Assembly (NCBI GenBank): GCA_041483895.1
Contig: JBGPGO010000010.1
Location: 32,001-96,000, forward strand
Source of the DNA: Fimbriimonadia bacterium
GTDB taxonomy: Bacteria; Armatimonadota; Fimbriimonadia; Fimbriimonadales; JABRVX01
DNA length: 64,000 nt
Reading direction: 5' to 3'
Both the position numbers and the translations under genes were made by a program. Below the pieces are notes generated by a model. The model saw nothing but the letters and a program-made list of their open reading frames with translations. It ran no database searches and was not told where the DNA came from. Positions 39,693 through 50,946 of the stretch are shown here, one piece after another (within the stretch, counting starts at the first letter, position 1; every line of letters begins with the position of its first letter).

Positions 39693-41036
39693 ATGAAGTC
39701 GCGACTGCTTTGCACGGAGATTGCAATTTGCTGTATCCAGGCATTTCAGATTCCACAATTAGCCACAGCCCAGCAATATACTCATCGCCGGATCGGCACC
39801 TACCGCGGGGTCGGGTTTGGCTATATAACTGACGACGGTGTACCGATTTACCTTGTCACCGAAGGGGATCCGAACGATCTTGGCGCACCCTATGATGTCT
39901 ATGTTGACGGCGTAAACTACACCGGCAGCGTATTCAATGGAGATCATTATTGCTATGGTCCGAAATTGCTGCGCAACGGCGACATCTACTGGACTGGAGG
40001 ACAAACTAGGATCGATGTTTACAAAAACAATGTAAACATTACCCAAACGTTGTATGGCAACGCCTATAATGTTTCAGAATACAGGGTGAATGAACGTGGC
40101 AATGTCGCGGTTCACCTCAGTCTGGATCATTCGTCCACACAGGACACATTCTTGGACGGGTTCAACATGTCGAAGGCCGCTCTTGGCAATGGCTTGCGGC
40201 AGACCCAGCTCCTCCATTTGACAGACGACGGAACTCTCTTTTGGCGCGGGACGGGGCCAAAAGATCAAGGAAATGATGACGTATTCAGGAATCTCCAGAA
40301 TACGGACGCCGATGCCTTGGGCGCCAATCGGGCTGCCTATCAATACTATGTGAATTCTAACGGACAGTACCTTTGGACCGGTTTGGGAGACAAGACAGGT
40401 GGCTGGAAGCATGTGTTCCTCGGCCAAGCAGACGTGACAAGAGCCTTGTTCGGCTCCACCGACCACAACGATTGGGCGGTAGCGCTCAGCGATACCGGCA
40501 GTGTTCTGATGGAGACCTTCGATGCCGAGTCGCGGACGCTTGGTATGTACAAGGATGGCGATCGGATCTCCGACGTGTTGGGAGTGGCCGGGGGCATTGA
40601 CATCATCGGCTACTTCGCCTCCGATGGTCGAGCGGTGTGGAGCGGAGGAGGCACTGCATTCGGGAAATTTACCGACGTGTTCGCGGATAGGGCTAATCTA
40701 TCAGCGGCACTACTCGGTGGGAACCGTCAAACTAGGCTGGACGGTGTGATCCCCAATGGAAATGTGCTTTGGCATGGATATGGCAACCTGAATCCGCATT
40801 TCGACTTATTTGTTGAACAGTTCAATCTCTCGGCCAGCGCCATAGGCGATGCGTCGCAGAGTTACTGGGCGCTAGGCGCTTCCGGCAACAAGAAGGGACA
40901 GATCATTTGGGGGGTTGCCAGGAATGGAATGGAAGAACTTTGGGTCAGCACGCCGGTGCCGGAACCGGGTGCAATTGCGGCTGCAGGGTTCGCCATCCTG
41001 GGCCTGATACTGCGGAGGCGTCAGCGGGCGAAGTAG
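39693..41036 (+). CDS. PEP-CTERM surface protein with internal repeats (paralog 2)
   Basis: Repeats W.G.G....DVF....NLS...LG; C-terminal STPVPEP + TM helix + RRRQR. Confidence 0.88.
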   Translation: MKSRLLCTEIAICCIQAFQIPQLATAQQYTHRRIGTYRGVGFGYITDDGVPIYLVTEGDPNDLGAPYDVYVDGVNYTGSVFNGDHYCYGPKLLRNGDIYWTGGQTRIDVYKNNVNITQTLYGNAYNVSEYRVNERGNVAVHLSLDHSSTQDTFLDGFNMSKAALGNGLRQTQLLHLTDDGTLFWRGTGPKDQGNDDVFRNLQNTDADALGANRAAYQYYVNSNGQYLWTGLGDKTGGWKHVFLGQADVTRALFGSTDHNDWAVALSDTGSVLMETFDAESRTLGMYKDGDRISDVLGVAGGIDIIGYFASDGRAVWSGGGTAFGKFTDVFADRANLSAALLGGNRQTRLDGVIPNGNVLWHGYGNLNPHFDLFVEQFNLSASAIGDASQSYWALGASGNKKGQIIWGVARNGMEELWVSTPVPEPGAIAAAGFAILGLILRRRQRAK

Positions 41037-42775
41037 CCGTCGAGGATCTTCTGCTGCACAGGGGTCAGCCTGTCCGAAACGGAAAGGACCGCCTCGGACT
41101 GGCTCATCGCCGTAATCGTGCCGGTGAACTCCATCTTCGTCCCGCGCCGCAGCACCTGGACCACATAGCTGTCGTTGGGCTTTACACCTTGCAATGGGGT
41201 GGCCGCGCCGCGAACATCCTTCTCGTTTACCTTCAGCAGCACGTCCCCAACCTGAAGACCGATCTGGGTAGCGATCGCGTGCACCTCGCTCACTCGCGGG
41301 TACGCCGTCGTTCCGGGCAGTTCCGTGCTAAATCCCGCATCCGTCTTCGGCTGGGACGCCTCATAGTGCAGGCCCGCGGCGGCGAACAGCTCCTGATAGG
41401 GGGGTTCCTTCGTCGAGCGCACCAAGACATCATAAAGCTCCGTGAAATCCTGGCCGGTGACCTCGTTTATCGTAGTAAGGATCCCATCCTCTTCGTATCC
41501 CGGTTTGGGCGGATTGTGCTCCTTCATCAGGGTCCGCATCACATCATCCAGCGACTTCTGGCCGCCGGTCCGAGCGCGAATGGCGATATCCAGCATGGCG
41601 CCGATCACAAATCCCTTGTTGTAATAGCTGAGGTTGCCGTACCCCATGCTGCCGCCCTCCCAGCCCTTCCAACTCGCGTCCTCCGCCGTGTACCGAAGGC
41701 GGTCGCTCGAGCCAAACAGCCCATTGATCTCGCCCAGCACGCGGCCGAGCCATCCCGCCTTGTCCATCATGCCGGCTCGATACATCGCGCGGTCGCCGTA
41801 ATAGCTCGTGACCCCCTCGGCAAACCACAAATTCTTCGTCCGCTGCTCGCCGCCAAAGTCGAACGGTCCCAGTATCTTTGGCCGAATGCGCTTGACGTTC
41901 CACAGATGAAAAAACTCGTGCGAGGCCAGCCCGCGGATATCGAGATTCTCGCGATCGCCGATGGCCAGCGTCGTCGATGCGCGGTGTTCCAAACCGCCGC
42001 CAAAACTGCCGACGTCCATGTGGATGTTGAACATGTATCGCTTCATGGGCGCGCCGCCGAATAGGGCGATGTGGGTCTCGGCAATCTTTTTCAGGTCCGC
42101 GACCACCTTGGCGGGGTCCGCGTGCATCTCGCCACGATAGGTGAACGTCGCGAACATGGGCACGCCGGCCGCCTCGAAATCCACCCGCTTGAATTTCCCC
42201 AGCTCAAACGGGCTGTCAATCAATTCTTCGAAGTCCTTCGCCTTGAATGTGGCAGGTTGCGGACCCTCCTCCAAAGGCGTCGCGATCTGCCAGCCAACGG
42301 GAAGATCGAAATGGATGGACACCGGCTCCAACGTCCGTCCTTTGATATACATGCAGGTCGAGACCGCATTGATGAACCCATGATCCGGCTCCAAATGAGC
42401 AGCGAAGAACCCGAATCCGGGATCGGTGGCTTTCACATCGTAGCTGATTTTAACTAACGGGGAGCCGTCGCTTCGGATCTCCCACAACCGATCTTCCGGC
42501 GTCGCGATGTGCAATTCCCGCCCATTCGCCTCTGCCCGAACGTGCGAAATCTGTTCCTGGTAGCGGGTAATCGTATACCATCCGGGACACCAATGAGATA
42601 TGCGGACCGGCAGCACGGAATCCCGCACGCCTTTCACAAACATTTCCACATGGAACACAGCCGACGCCGGGTCGGAAACCGTGACGGTGTAAGAAATCTT
42701 CTCCTGCGCCCAGGCTGATAGGGCTAGAACCAGACAGGCGAACACCATGGTTGGTCGGAAGCGGGTCAAACTCAA
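41021..42775 (-). CDS. M61-family glycyl aminopeptidase with PDZ domain
   Basis: W.PG.Y, GGGLEH, SHEFFHLWNVKRIRP, W..EG.TSYY, YY.KG; GL..GD.LL.VN PDZ. Confidence 0.93.
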   Translation of the reverse strand: MSLTRFRPTMVFACLVLALSAWAQEKISYTVTVSDPASAVFHVEMFVKGVRDSVLPVRISHWCPGWYTITRYQEQISHVRAEANGRELHIATPEDRLWEIRSDGSPLVKISYDVKATDPGFGFFAAHLEPDHGFINAVSTCMYIKGRTLEPVSIHFDLPVGWQIATPLEEGPQPATFKAKDFEELIDSPFELGKFKRVDFEAAGVPMFATFTYRGEMHADPAKVVADLKKIAETHIALFGGAPMKRYMFNIHMDVGSFGGGLEHRASTTLAIGDRENLDIRGLASHEFFHLWNVKRIRPKILGPFDFGGEQRTKNLWFAEGVTSYYGDRAMYRAGMMDKAGWLGRVLGEINGLFGSSDRLRYTAEDASWKGWEGGSMGYGNLSYYNKGFVIGAMLDIAIRARTGGQKSLDDVMRTLMKEHNPPKPGYEEDGILTTINEVTGQDFTELYDVLVRSTKEPPYQELFAAAGLHYEASQPKTDAGFSTELPGTTAYPRVSEVHAIATQIGLQVGDVLLKVNEKDVRGAATPLQGVKPNDSYVVQVLRRGTKMEFTGTITAMSQSEAVLSVSDRLTPVQQKILDGYFAR

Positions 42776-42867
42776 TTCGGCACCTCAGTCACTTAGACGC
42801 ACGGCCCGCAAGGGAGTGTTAATAGTAGGGCGAAAGACCAGCATCGCATAAGTATACTGAATGCTCC

Positions 42868-42987
42868 GTAACGCCGGCATCTTGCCGGCAACTACCGAAT
42901 GCTGGGAGCGCCGGCATCTCGCCGGCACTGCATGGACCGTAACGCTGGCATCCTGCCGGCATAATGCCGCCTGGAAGGCAGCGTTAC
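42868..42987. repeat. Cluster of four 22-bp REP-like units (family B)
   Basis: gtaacgccggcatcttgccggc (42868), ggagcgccggcatctcgccggc (42905), gtaacgctggcatcctgccggc (42939) and an inverted unit at 42966-42987. Confidence 0.88.
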
Positions 42988-44693
42988 TTAATCCCTATCG
43001 GCTTCCCAACCGCCGCGCTCGGAAACGCCACCCCAAGAATCGTCGCTATCGTCGGCGCGATGTCCTCCGGCGAAACAGGATCGGTATATATCCCCTTCTT
43101 GATCCCCGGCCCGCGCATGAGCAATGCCACGTGCTGATCATACGTAAATGGCTGCCCGTGCGAGGTGCCGCCAGAACCCGAATCCATCTGCCACCACGGC
43201 TCCACCACCGCCACCACATCCCCGCACCGAGAGGCCAGGAACCCGCGCTCCAACGACCGACCAACCTCGGTGTGCGGCAGGCTGCCGGATAGAAACTGCG
43301 TCCTCGTGTAAGCGGCGAAAATCCCCGGCTGCCGGCGCAAGTATTCCGCCATGGCGTCCTCGACCTGCGCCTCCGTCACCGTGCGTCCCGCCAACGCCTT
43401 ATGATCGAAGTAGAACCACTGCTCACTGGCGCGAACGACAAATGAATTGCCGCCGGGAAACTTTGAGTTGAGGGTATCTGCGAGGCCCTTCTCCAAATTC
43501 TCCGCGGGCGTTCGGCCTACGGGAAACCCAACCTTGGCGGCCTCCTCCGGGATCGGCGCGACGCCGTGATCGGCGGTCAAAGTGATAAGGCAGGAATCCA
43601 GCCCCCCGGTAACATGTTTATCAAGCCATCCGAAGAAGTCGGAAAGTGCATGGTCTGTCCCCAAGCACATCTCCAAAACCTCAGGACTGTCGGGTCCAAA
43701 TCGGTGTCCGAGATAGTCGTTCGGCGATAGATTGATCGTGAGCGAATCCGGCACCTCGTCGCCGCCCATCGATCGGGCACCAATGGCCCGTTCGGCGCAA
43801 GTCAATATGTAATCGTTTCCCCACGGCGTAAATGTAAATCGATCGATCTCGCTCGATTTCTCTTTGTCCGGATCGTTTGCCCGCGCGGCATCGCCGGGGG
43901 GAAGAATGACGGGATGGGGGAATCGAGCGCCAAAGCCTTTCGCCGGAGTGACGTGGGACCTGTCCGGCTGCCACGCCCGGTCCAAGTTCGCTTTGCCGAC
44001 TGCGCTCAAATCCCATGTCGGCTGAATGAATTTGCGTACGAAATCTTCGTCGTCAATCTTCTGCGCCCAATCCGGAAGCTTGCCGTTTCGGCAATAGAAG
44101 TCGCTGCTTTCCAAATGTCCGTTCGATTTGTCCAGCCACACAACGTCGTCCGCCAATCGCCCCGCCATTAGGATGGCCGCGCGGTCCTTCATAGAAATCG
44201 ACACTACCATCGCTTTTCCGCCCGTCGCTCGCTTCAGCTCATCGCCAAACGTCGAAACAAGGAGGTTCTTCGGCGACATCGGTATTCCCACACCGCCAAT
44301 CACTTTCGCCGACAGATCCAGCACACAGTACATCGGCAGCAGGCTCCGCCGATCCAGCCATTCGTTGCCGACGATGCCTGTCAGATATGGGGGTGCGCCC
44401 GTGCCGATGACCGCATGTCCCGGTCCCGTGTAGGTGGGGAAATGCTGGAATTTCGCGTTCGTGAACCATGCGCCGGTCTCCATCAGATAGAGGAACCCAC
44501 CCGGCTTGCCGTTTTTCATGGCCGGTAGATAGAGGTCGCGATAACGAGTTAGGTAATCGGCGCGAAACTGGTCGATGGAGATCACCACTGCCAACCGCGG
44601 CTGTTGCTTCGCGAACATCGCCTGATCCAGAGTCGCCTGCCCATTGCTCCCCGCCACGAGTACCGCCAACAACGCGACCAACTTCACCTTCAT
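42984..44693 (-). CDS. Alkaline phosphatase-superfamily protein (PafA/PhoV-like)
   Basis: SIDQFRADYL, PT.TGPGHA...TG, KDRAAI..AG, D..GH.FGP.S.E, TADHG and HG....YD.HV motifs. Confidence 0.92.
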   Translation of the reverse strand: MKVKLVALLAVLVAGSNGQATLDQAMFAKQQPRLAVVISIDQFRADYLTRYRDLYLPAMKNGKPGGFLYLMETGAWFTNAKFQHFPTYTGPGHAVIGTGAPPYLTGIVGNEWLDRRSLLPMYCVLDLSAKVIGGVGIPMSPKNLLVSTFGDELKRATGGKAMVVSISMKDRAAILMAGRLADDVVWLDKSNGHLESSDFYCRNGKLPDWAQKIDDEDFVRKFIQPTWDLSAVGKANLDRAWQPDRSHVTPAKGFGARFPHPVILPPGDAARANDPDKEKSSEIDRFTFTPWGNDYILTCAERAIGARSMGGDEVPDSLTINLSPNDYLGHRFGPDSPEVLEMCLGTDHALSDFFGWLDKHVTGGLDSCLITLTADHGVAPIPEEAAKVGFPVGRTPAENLEKGLADTLNSKFPGGNSFVVRASEQWFYFDHKALAGRTVTEAQVEDAMAEYLRRQPGIFAAYTRTQFLSGSLPHTEVGRSLERGFLASRCGDVVAVVEPWWQMDSGSGGTSHGQPFTYDQHVALLMRGPGIKKGIYTDPVSPEDIAPTIATILGVAFPSAAVGKPIGIK

Positions 44694-44816
44694 CCCAATT
44701 CCTCCCTGACTCTGACATATTAATTCTGTAGGCGCGGGTCCGAATGGCAATTCGTATCAACTGGCAACACGCCAAGGCCCGCGCGACAACGACCACCCAT
44801 CTTACCAAACAAATTG

Positions 44817-47081
44817 TTACCGTTTGGCTAACGAAGAAACCCCCGCCGAAACGCACACCATCAACCCGATCAATGAAAGGAAAAACCCAACGCGAAACGT
44901 CGCCGGCTCATACCGCGCCACGATCCGGTCCGAAGAACGCGTGGCATGCGCAAACACCCAAGGCGTATCGCGGGCCTGCTCCGGGACGCCCAATTCCTTC
45001 CCATCACCAAACACCCGCCAACCGGGAGCGTTCGGTATCTTCAAGCCCAGCGTTCCGGCCCCAGATACCTCTGTCACCACGACATTCGGCCCCCGCCAAG
45101 AAACCTCCACAGGTGTCATCCCCGACTGTTCCCCATCAAACAGCCCCAACGGCATGGGATGCGGGATCTCATAGATCGCCGGCGACTCGCCCGGCTTCGA
45201 TCGCAATACCAGCGGCGGCAAATCCCCAATCGGCTCACGCGTCACGATATATCGCACGCCCAATGTCGCCAGCACGGACCGCATGCCGCCCGGCTTCACG
45301 AACATCATATTGCCGTTTTCTTGCGGCGCGCTGTCCTCGCCGTTCAGCGCGTCCAAAACATCTTTCTTGATCTGTTTCAAGATGATCGAATCGTATCCGC
45401 CGACCTCGTCAAACCCATACGCGAGGGCCGAATTGGGGGGCAACACTGCCTCGGATGGATAGTCTCGCATTCCCCACCTGTCGTTGATGATCGCGACTCG
45501 GTACGGTGTGGCCCGCCGCAGCAGTTCGAGCCCCGGAAACGCGGGATACACTTCCGACGCCTTGGCGGTGGTATTGAAGTCCGCGGCGAACGGCGCCAGG
45601 GTAGCGATCTGGAGGAGCAGGATCGCCGGCCGCAATGGCATCCACCCCAGCGGCTCTCGGAAGAAGCTCAGCCCGATCCCCAGCGTCAGCAGTCCAGCAG
45701 CCAGCATCAGGATCGGCCCATGCGCGCTGACGCCGGTTCCGTATGATGCCGCGATCACAATGATCGCGACGGTGGCAAGAATCTGCATGGCACAAAGGCC
45801 CCACGCGAGTCGCTGCTTCGGCGCTGCCTTCTGATCCTCGTTGAGCCGTTGCCATCCAAACCCCGCGAGCACGGCAATCGCGACGGCGGAAAGACAGAGG
45901 ATACGCGCCGGGCTCCCGGTCGCCGACCACCCCGGCACGCCGAAATAAAGCAGCCGATTGAGCGGCGTCCCCAAAGCGATCAGCCACGCGAAAGCGGCCA
46001 ACCCCCCGAACAGCCCGACAACATGCCCGCCAACCCGAAATCGGACCAAAGCATACGCCGCAAGCGCAAGCCCGACCCAGCCCAGGAAGGATGCATATTC
46101 CGGCAACGGCTGCTCGCCCGAGTAGGCCCCCTCCTCCGGATGCGAGGCCAATGCGCTCCCGTAGGCGGGATTGCCGTTGAAATAGGGGTCAGATATCAGT
46201 CCGGCCTGCGCGCCAGGCATCGCCAGCCGCACGTAGAACGGATAGGCCTCCTCCGTCGGGCTGGCAGCCCTGTGTGACAGTTTCCCCATCTCGTACGTCG
46301 GCAGGAACTGCACCGCCGCCAGCATCCCCGCCATCGCCAACCCCGCAACCGAGCAGGCCAGCCCCCGTGGAACCGACCCGCGCTGCCAAAAGGCGAGATG
46401 CCCCACCGCCAGCGCCGCGGCAATGAGCCCATAGACCGCTATCTGTAAGTGCCCAGCCAGCACCATCATCCCACCGCAAACCCCGACGCGGACAACGGCC
46501 CCAAAATCCGGACGCCCCCAAAGCCTCAGAACGGCCGCCAGCAGCCAAGGAATCCAGGACGCCGTCATCGGCACCGAGGGAAGCTGGAGCCAGGCGACAA
46601 ACCACTGTGACAGCTCGAACGTGGCGCCCGCGAACAGCCCGGCCCCCGCCGAGCAGCCCAGCCGCCGAAGCAGCACGTACATCCCCAGCCCAGCCCACAC
46701 CAAATGCAGCCACGCCGACAGGCCCATCGCCGCCAACGTCCCCAGCGGCGCCAGCAGCCAATGCACCGGATAAAAAACCGCGCTCTGCGAATTCCCCAGG
46801 AACGGCGTGCCAAGCAGCTCGTGCCGGTTCCACAGCGGCACGTCCCCGCGCCGCAAATTCCGATACAGATAATTCCGCCACGGGTAGAACTGCGCTACCC
46901 CATCCCACCGCAGCACATCCCACGCCTCCGTTGGCTGGGAGCCCCACGGCGCGATCCCCCTCTGCATCCCCGCAGGCACGAAGGCCTCGCCAAGGAACAC
47001 CACGCGCCAAAGCGGGATCACAGCAAGAATGCAGAAGAATAGGGCGGCGATCAGAAATGCGCGGGCGGGAGAGGTTCCCAT
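44817..47081 (-). CDS. YfhO-family multi-TM protein (GT-C-like glycosyltransferase)
   Basis: PLWN.....G.PF..N.QS..FYP, LAGH.Q, GGYDS, PGW.V..DG and Y.P..F..G motifs. Confidence 0.85.
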   Translation of the reverse strand: MGTSPARAFLIAALFFCILAVIPLWRVVFLGEAFVPAGMQRGIAPWGSQPTEAWDVLRWDGVAQFYPWRNYLYRNLRRGDVPLWNRHELLGTPFLGNSQSAVFYPVHWLLAPLGTLAAMGLSAWLHLVWAGLGMYVLLRRLGCSAGAGLFAGATFELSQWFVAWLQLPSVPMTASWIPWLLAAVLRLWGRPDFGAVVRVGVCGGMMVLAGHLQIAVYGLIAAALAVGHLAFWQRGSVPRGLACSVAGLAMAGMLAAVQFLPTYEMGKLSHRAASPTEEAYPFYVRLAMPGAQAGLISDPYFNGNPAYGSALASHPEEGAYSGEQPLPEYASFLGWVGLALAAYALVRFRVGGHVVGLFGGLAAFAWLIALGTPLNRLLYFGVPGWSATGSPARILCLSAVAIAVLAGFGWQRLNEDQKAAPKQRLAWGLCAMQILATVAIIVIAASYGTGVSAHGPILMLAAGLLTLGIGLSFFREPLGWMPLRPAILLLQIATLAPFAADFNTTAKASEVYPAFPGLELLRRATPYRVAIINDRWGMRDYPSEAVLPPNSALAYGFDEVGGYDSIILKQIKKDVLDALNGEDSAPQENGNMMFVKPGGMRSVLATLGVRYIVTREPIGDLPPLVLRSKPGESPAIYEIPHPMPLGLFDGEQSGMTPVEVSWRGPNVVVTEVSGAGTLGLKIPNAPGWRVFGDGKELGVPEQARDTPWVFAHATRSSDRIVARYEPATFRVGFFLSLIGLMVCVSAGVSSLAKR

Positions 47082-47082
47082 A

Positions 47083-47433
47083 TTACGGGAAGTAGGCGAG
47101 TTGCTTGGCCGCGTTGTCGTTCGCGGGATCCAGGGCAAGGACCGCCTCGAACTGCGCCCGCGCCTCGTCGTTGTAGCCGAGCATCATGTAGGTCATACCC
47201 AAATCGTAGCGCGCCTTGACGTGGTTTGGATTCAACTTGACGGCCTTCTCGAGGGCCGCGAGTGACGCGTCGAAGTCACCCAGAAAGCATTGAACCAGAC
47301 CTATCTGCCAATGCGCGTCCGGGTTATCGGGATCTTCGTCGACGCAGGCCTGTAAATCGCTTACGGCTTCGTCGTATCTGCCTGCCTCTTTCGCAGCTAC
47401 GGCTCGGTCGAAAAGCTCCGCTATGGTACTCAA
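47083..47433 (-). CDS. Small TPR protein
   Basis: Three TPR units; start uncertain (TTG at 47433 assumed). Confidence 0.8.
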   Translation of the reverse strand: MSTIAELFDRAVAAKEAGRYDEAVSDLQACVDEDPDNPDAHWQIGLVQCFLGDFDASLAALEKAVKLNPNHVKARYDLGMTYMMLGYNDEARAQFEAVLALDPANDNAAKQLAYFP

Positions 47434-47533
47434 GCCGCTTGTCTCCGAAGATGTATATGGGGCATCGGTGTCGACACGGACAATAATCGTCAGTATAGCA
47501 TGGGTCCAGGCCATCGTCAAGGGAGAGTAGCCT

Positions 47534-49558
47534 CTGGAAGCAATCGCTACAAATCAATCGACTCATACCGGGGCGGGGCTCGAACTGCTGGCCGAGTTCG
47601 CTTCGTTCGGCGCTTCGCCCGATCGTCTGCGCCGCCTGGCAAAGGGGTTGCGGGCGCGCGGATGCTGGCTGTTGGTGCGTTCCGAATGCGAAGATTGCCT
47701 CCGATTTGAGGAAGGCTGGGGCGGCTCCCTTCGAACCTGGCGAAAACTAAAGCTGCCAATTCAGGAGCTGCCGCTGGCGGAACTGCCACTCAACCACGGC
47801 TTTCCCATCGGCCCGTGTATCTCAGAAACCATCCGAGAACCGGACGGATCGTTGCGCGGCATGTTCTTCGTTGCCCGGCAGGAAGGCGCCCCCGCATTTT
47901 CCGAGGAAGAACGGCTGCTGGTCTATGCGATCACCACCCATTTGGCAACCGACATCGCAAACCGCCGGCTCCAAATGCGATTGAATGCCCTGACCACGCT
48001 CATCGATGAAGCAACAAGCGCAAAGGACCCTGACAAATTCCTAACTTACATGGCGGATGAGGCGCTGACCTCGCTCGGCTTCGCCCGCTGCGCCGTATTC
48101 CTCGTGGAAAGCGGGCCAAAGGGCCGCTGTCTGTCCTTGGTCGTGAATCGGGGATATCCAAGTCGAAGCTTCCCGTCCAAAGGCTTGCGCTGCTCCCCGG
48201 ACACGCTGTTGGGCACTGTCGTATGCTTTGGCCGAACGATCGTGGGCTCCAGCGACGACGCGCATCGTGGCTTTCGGCGGATGATGGGCGCTAGCTCCTT
48301 CGTTGCGGTCCCAATCCTGTCCGAGCGGGCGGTCATCGGTGTGATGCTTGCGGACAATCGGATCGGCGCCCAGACGATTGGGCCGGAGCGGACCACTCTC
48401 TTGGCGCTGTTTGCCGATCAGGCGGGGGGGGTGCTCGAACGGCTGCGGTCCAACGCCTCATTGGCCTCATCCGCGTCCGACATCGATGTTTCTCGCGCCT
48501 TCCTGCAGCAGGTCCTCGAGTCTCTGGGAGCCGGCGTTGCCGCGATAGACGGCAACGGCAATATGACGGCATGGAACCCGCGGATGGAGGCGATCCTCGG
48601 TATTCCGGCTGCCGACGTGCTGGGTCAACCCCTCGCACAGGTGTTTCAGTCCAGCCTCCGCGCCGATTCGACTGAACCCATCGTTGAGGCAATCGCCACA
48701 GGCATCGAGACAAATCATCAGACAAACCTCTGGCAGCAGCGGGTCGAGCGCCTCGATGGTCAGGTTCTCGCCCTCAATATGGTCTTTGCCCCAATGGGAG
48801 TTGGGCTGCCACTCGGATCCGGCCTCACTATCGTCGCCGAAGATGTGACGGATCGGGTCATCTTGGGTACGGAAATGGAACGGATGCGCCATCTCGCCCA
48901 GGTCGGTCAATTCACCGCCCAAATCGCCCACGAGCTTCGCAATCCGCTCACCAGCATTCGCGGGGCCGCCCAACTGCTGAGGCAACTGGATGTAAGCAAA
49001 GACGCGCAGGAATTCTCCGAGATCATATTACAAGAGGTCAACGCCCTCAACGGAATTGCCGATGACTTCCTTGACTTCGCCCGCCCGGTCGAGCTGCATC
49101 TGGAGGAGGCGGACATTGCAGAATCCCTCGAGGAGCTGGCGAACCTGTGGAAGCCGATGGTCAAGGACCGTGGTATTCGGATCACCTTGAAGCATGGCGC
49201 CGAAGTGCCGAAAATCTGGATCGATCGGCCTCGCATGGCGCAAGTGTTCCGCAACCTGATCCTGAACGCCATCCAAGCTATGCCGGATGGGGGGAAACTC
49301 GCACTGTCCTCGTCTTTCGACCCGACGCTTGCCGAAGTGAGCGTCTTCGTCCGCGATTCGGGCTTTGGGATGACCCCCGACCAGGTCAGGCGGGTGTTCG
49401 AGCCGTTCTTCACAACCAAGACCAAGGGGACCGGGCTGGGGATGTCGGTGGTGGACAAACTGGTTCGCGCGCACGGCGGCAGCATCGGCGTGCGGTCGGA
49501 TCTGGGTAAAGGCACGGAGTTCGAAATACGGTTGTCGGCGCATCCCCCAGTGCAATAA
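47534..49558 (+). CDS. GAF/PAS sensor histidine kinase
   Basis: [25 protein letters not shown] and GTGLG motifs; frame open from a CTG at 47534 after a GGGAG RBS (ORF track starts at TTG 47648). Confidence 0.9.
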   Translation: MEAIATNQSTHTGAGLELLAEFASFGASPDRLRRLAKGLRARGCWLLVRSECEDCLRFEEGWGGSLRTWRKLKLPIQELPLAELPLNHGFPIGPCISETIREPDGSLRGMFFVARQEGAPAFSEEERLLVYAITTHLATDIANRRLQMRLNALTTLIDEATSAKDPDKFLTYMADEALTSLGFARCAVFLVESGPKGRCLSLVVNRGYPSRSFPSKGLRCSPDTLLGTVVCFGRTIVGSSDDAHRGFRRMMGASSFVAVPILSERAVIGVMLADNRIGAQTIGPERTTLLALFADQAGGVLERLRSNASLASSASDIDVSRAFLQQVLESLGAGVAAIDGNGNMTAWNPRMEAILGIPAADVLGQPLAQVFQSSLRADSTEPIVEAIATGIETNHQTNLWQQRVERLDGQVLALNMVFAPMGVGLPLGSGLTIVAEDVTDRVILGTEMERMRHLAQVGQFTAQIAHELRNPLTSIRGAAQLLRQLDVSKDAQEFSEIILQEVNALNGIADDFLDFARPVELHLEEADIAESLEELANLWKPMVKDRGIRITLKHGAEVPKIWIDRPRMAQVFRNLILNAIQAMPDGGKLALSSSFDPTLAEVSVFVRDSGFGMTPDQVRRVFEPFFTTKTKGTGLGMSVVDKLVRAHGGSIGVRSDLGKGTEFEIRLSAHPPVQ

Positions 49559-49655
49559 AAATGGAATTTGTAGGCGCGGGTCAGCCTTGCAGATGGTTTC
49601 GATTGCCGATACCAGAGACCCGCGTTGGGTGATGATGGCCCAAGAGGGAGGAAAT

Positions 49656-50834
49656 TTGGCAGAACCGAAAACCACAATCCTGGTTGTTGACGACGAACCG
49701 AATATCCGGCGCATCCTTCAGGCCGCGTTCGAGCGCGACGGCCATCGCGTCTTGGTGGCCGAAAACGGATGCAAGGCGATCGAGGTCATGGGAAAAGAGA
49801 CCCCGGACCTGGTGTTGTCCGACGTCGTCATGCCGGATATGGGCGGCTCGGAACTGCTCGTCTGGCTGCGGGATAATCGGCCGGAAATCGTCCCCGTCCT
49901 GATGACCTCCTTCGGAACCATCCCCGCCGCCGTCCACGCCATGCGACTCGGCGCCTTCGATTACGTCAGCAAGCCGTTCGACCTCGATGTTCTGAAAAAG
50001 GTGATCGCCGCCGCGCTGGAAGACAGAGGCAGCGCCAAGCCGAAGAAGAAGCGCGGGACAAAGGGCAAGGCATTGGACGTCATCGCCGTGGGTCCGAAGA
50101 TGCAAGCCGTGATGCAGATGATCGAGCAGGTGGCCGATTCCCGTGCGACCGTGCTGCTGACGGGCGAGAGCGGAACCGGCAAAGAGGTGATCGCGAAGGC
50201 CCTCCATGAGCAGAGCGCTCGGTCGGGCAAGCTGTTTGTGGCCCTCAGTTGCGCCGCCATTCCCGAAACGCTCTTGGAAGCCGAGCTGTTCGGTCACGAG
50301 AAGGGCGCATTTACCGGTGCCGCTGGCCAGCGCATCGGCCGGTTCGAGGCCGCCGACGGCGGGACGTTGTTCTTGGACGAAATCGGTGAGGTGCCCGCGG
50401 GCATCCAGGTAAAGCTGCTGCGGGTCATCCAAGAACGCGAGATCGTGCGACTGGGCAGCACGAAACCGATCAAGGTGGATGTTCGAATGGTCGCCGCCAC
50501 CAATCGCAACCTGCAGGAGGCCGTGGACGCGGGGACCTTCCGCCTGGACCTCTACTACCGCCTGCAAGTGGTCGCCATCGAGCTGCCTCCGCTGCGGGAG
50601 CGCCCGGAAGACCTGCCGGTTCTCGCCGAGCACTTCATGAAGAAGTACAACGCCGAAAACTCCCGCTCCCTTACCACCATCCATCCGGCCGCCCTCGCCG
50701 CGCTGCACTCCCACCGATGGCCCGGCAACGTGCGGGAGTTGGAGAACGTGATCGAGCGCGCCGTCGTCCTCTCCAAATCCGACGCCACCGAAATCACCCT
50801 CGATCTCCTCCCGCCGACACTGAAGGCAGCGTAG
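49656..50834 (+). CDS. Sigma-54-dependent response regulator (NtrC-like) lacking a C-terminal HTH
   Basis: Receiver [46 protein letters not shown] start after GGAGG. Confidence 0.93.
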   Translation: MAEPKTTILVVDDEPNIRRILQAAFERDGHRVLVAENGCKAIEVMGKETPDLVLSDVVMPDMGGSELLVWLRDNRPEIVPVLMTSFGTIPAAVHAMRLGAFDYVSKPFDLDVLKKVIAAALEDRGSAKPKKKRGTKGKALDVIAVGPKMQAVMQMIEQVADSRATVLLTGESGTGKEVIAKALHEQSARSGKLFVALSCAAIPETLLEAELFGHEKGAFTGAAGQRIGRFEAADGGTLFLDEIGEVPAGIQVKLLRVIQEREIVRLGSTKPIKVDVRMVAATNRNLQEAVDAGTFRLDLYYRLQVVAIELPPLRERPEDLPVLAEHFMKKYNAENSRSLTTIHPAALAALHSHRWPGNVRELENVIERAVVLSKSDATEITLDLLPPTLKAA

Positions 50835-50946
50835 TCCCGCCCTTCCTCCTCTCTTCCTAGCCTATCCAGACCTGAACGGCAAAAGATGTGGTTGGCGGAG
50901 ATCCATGTCCGCAGGTTTCCTCGGCCCACTGCGAGAATGAAGGAGC

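Noticed and set aside
42868..42987. Regularly spaced 22-bp repeats resembling a mini CRISPR array (also 38896-38998 and 55166-55285)
   Set aside because: Spacers are under 20 bp, units vary and invert, and there are no cas genes; they fit REP-like elements.
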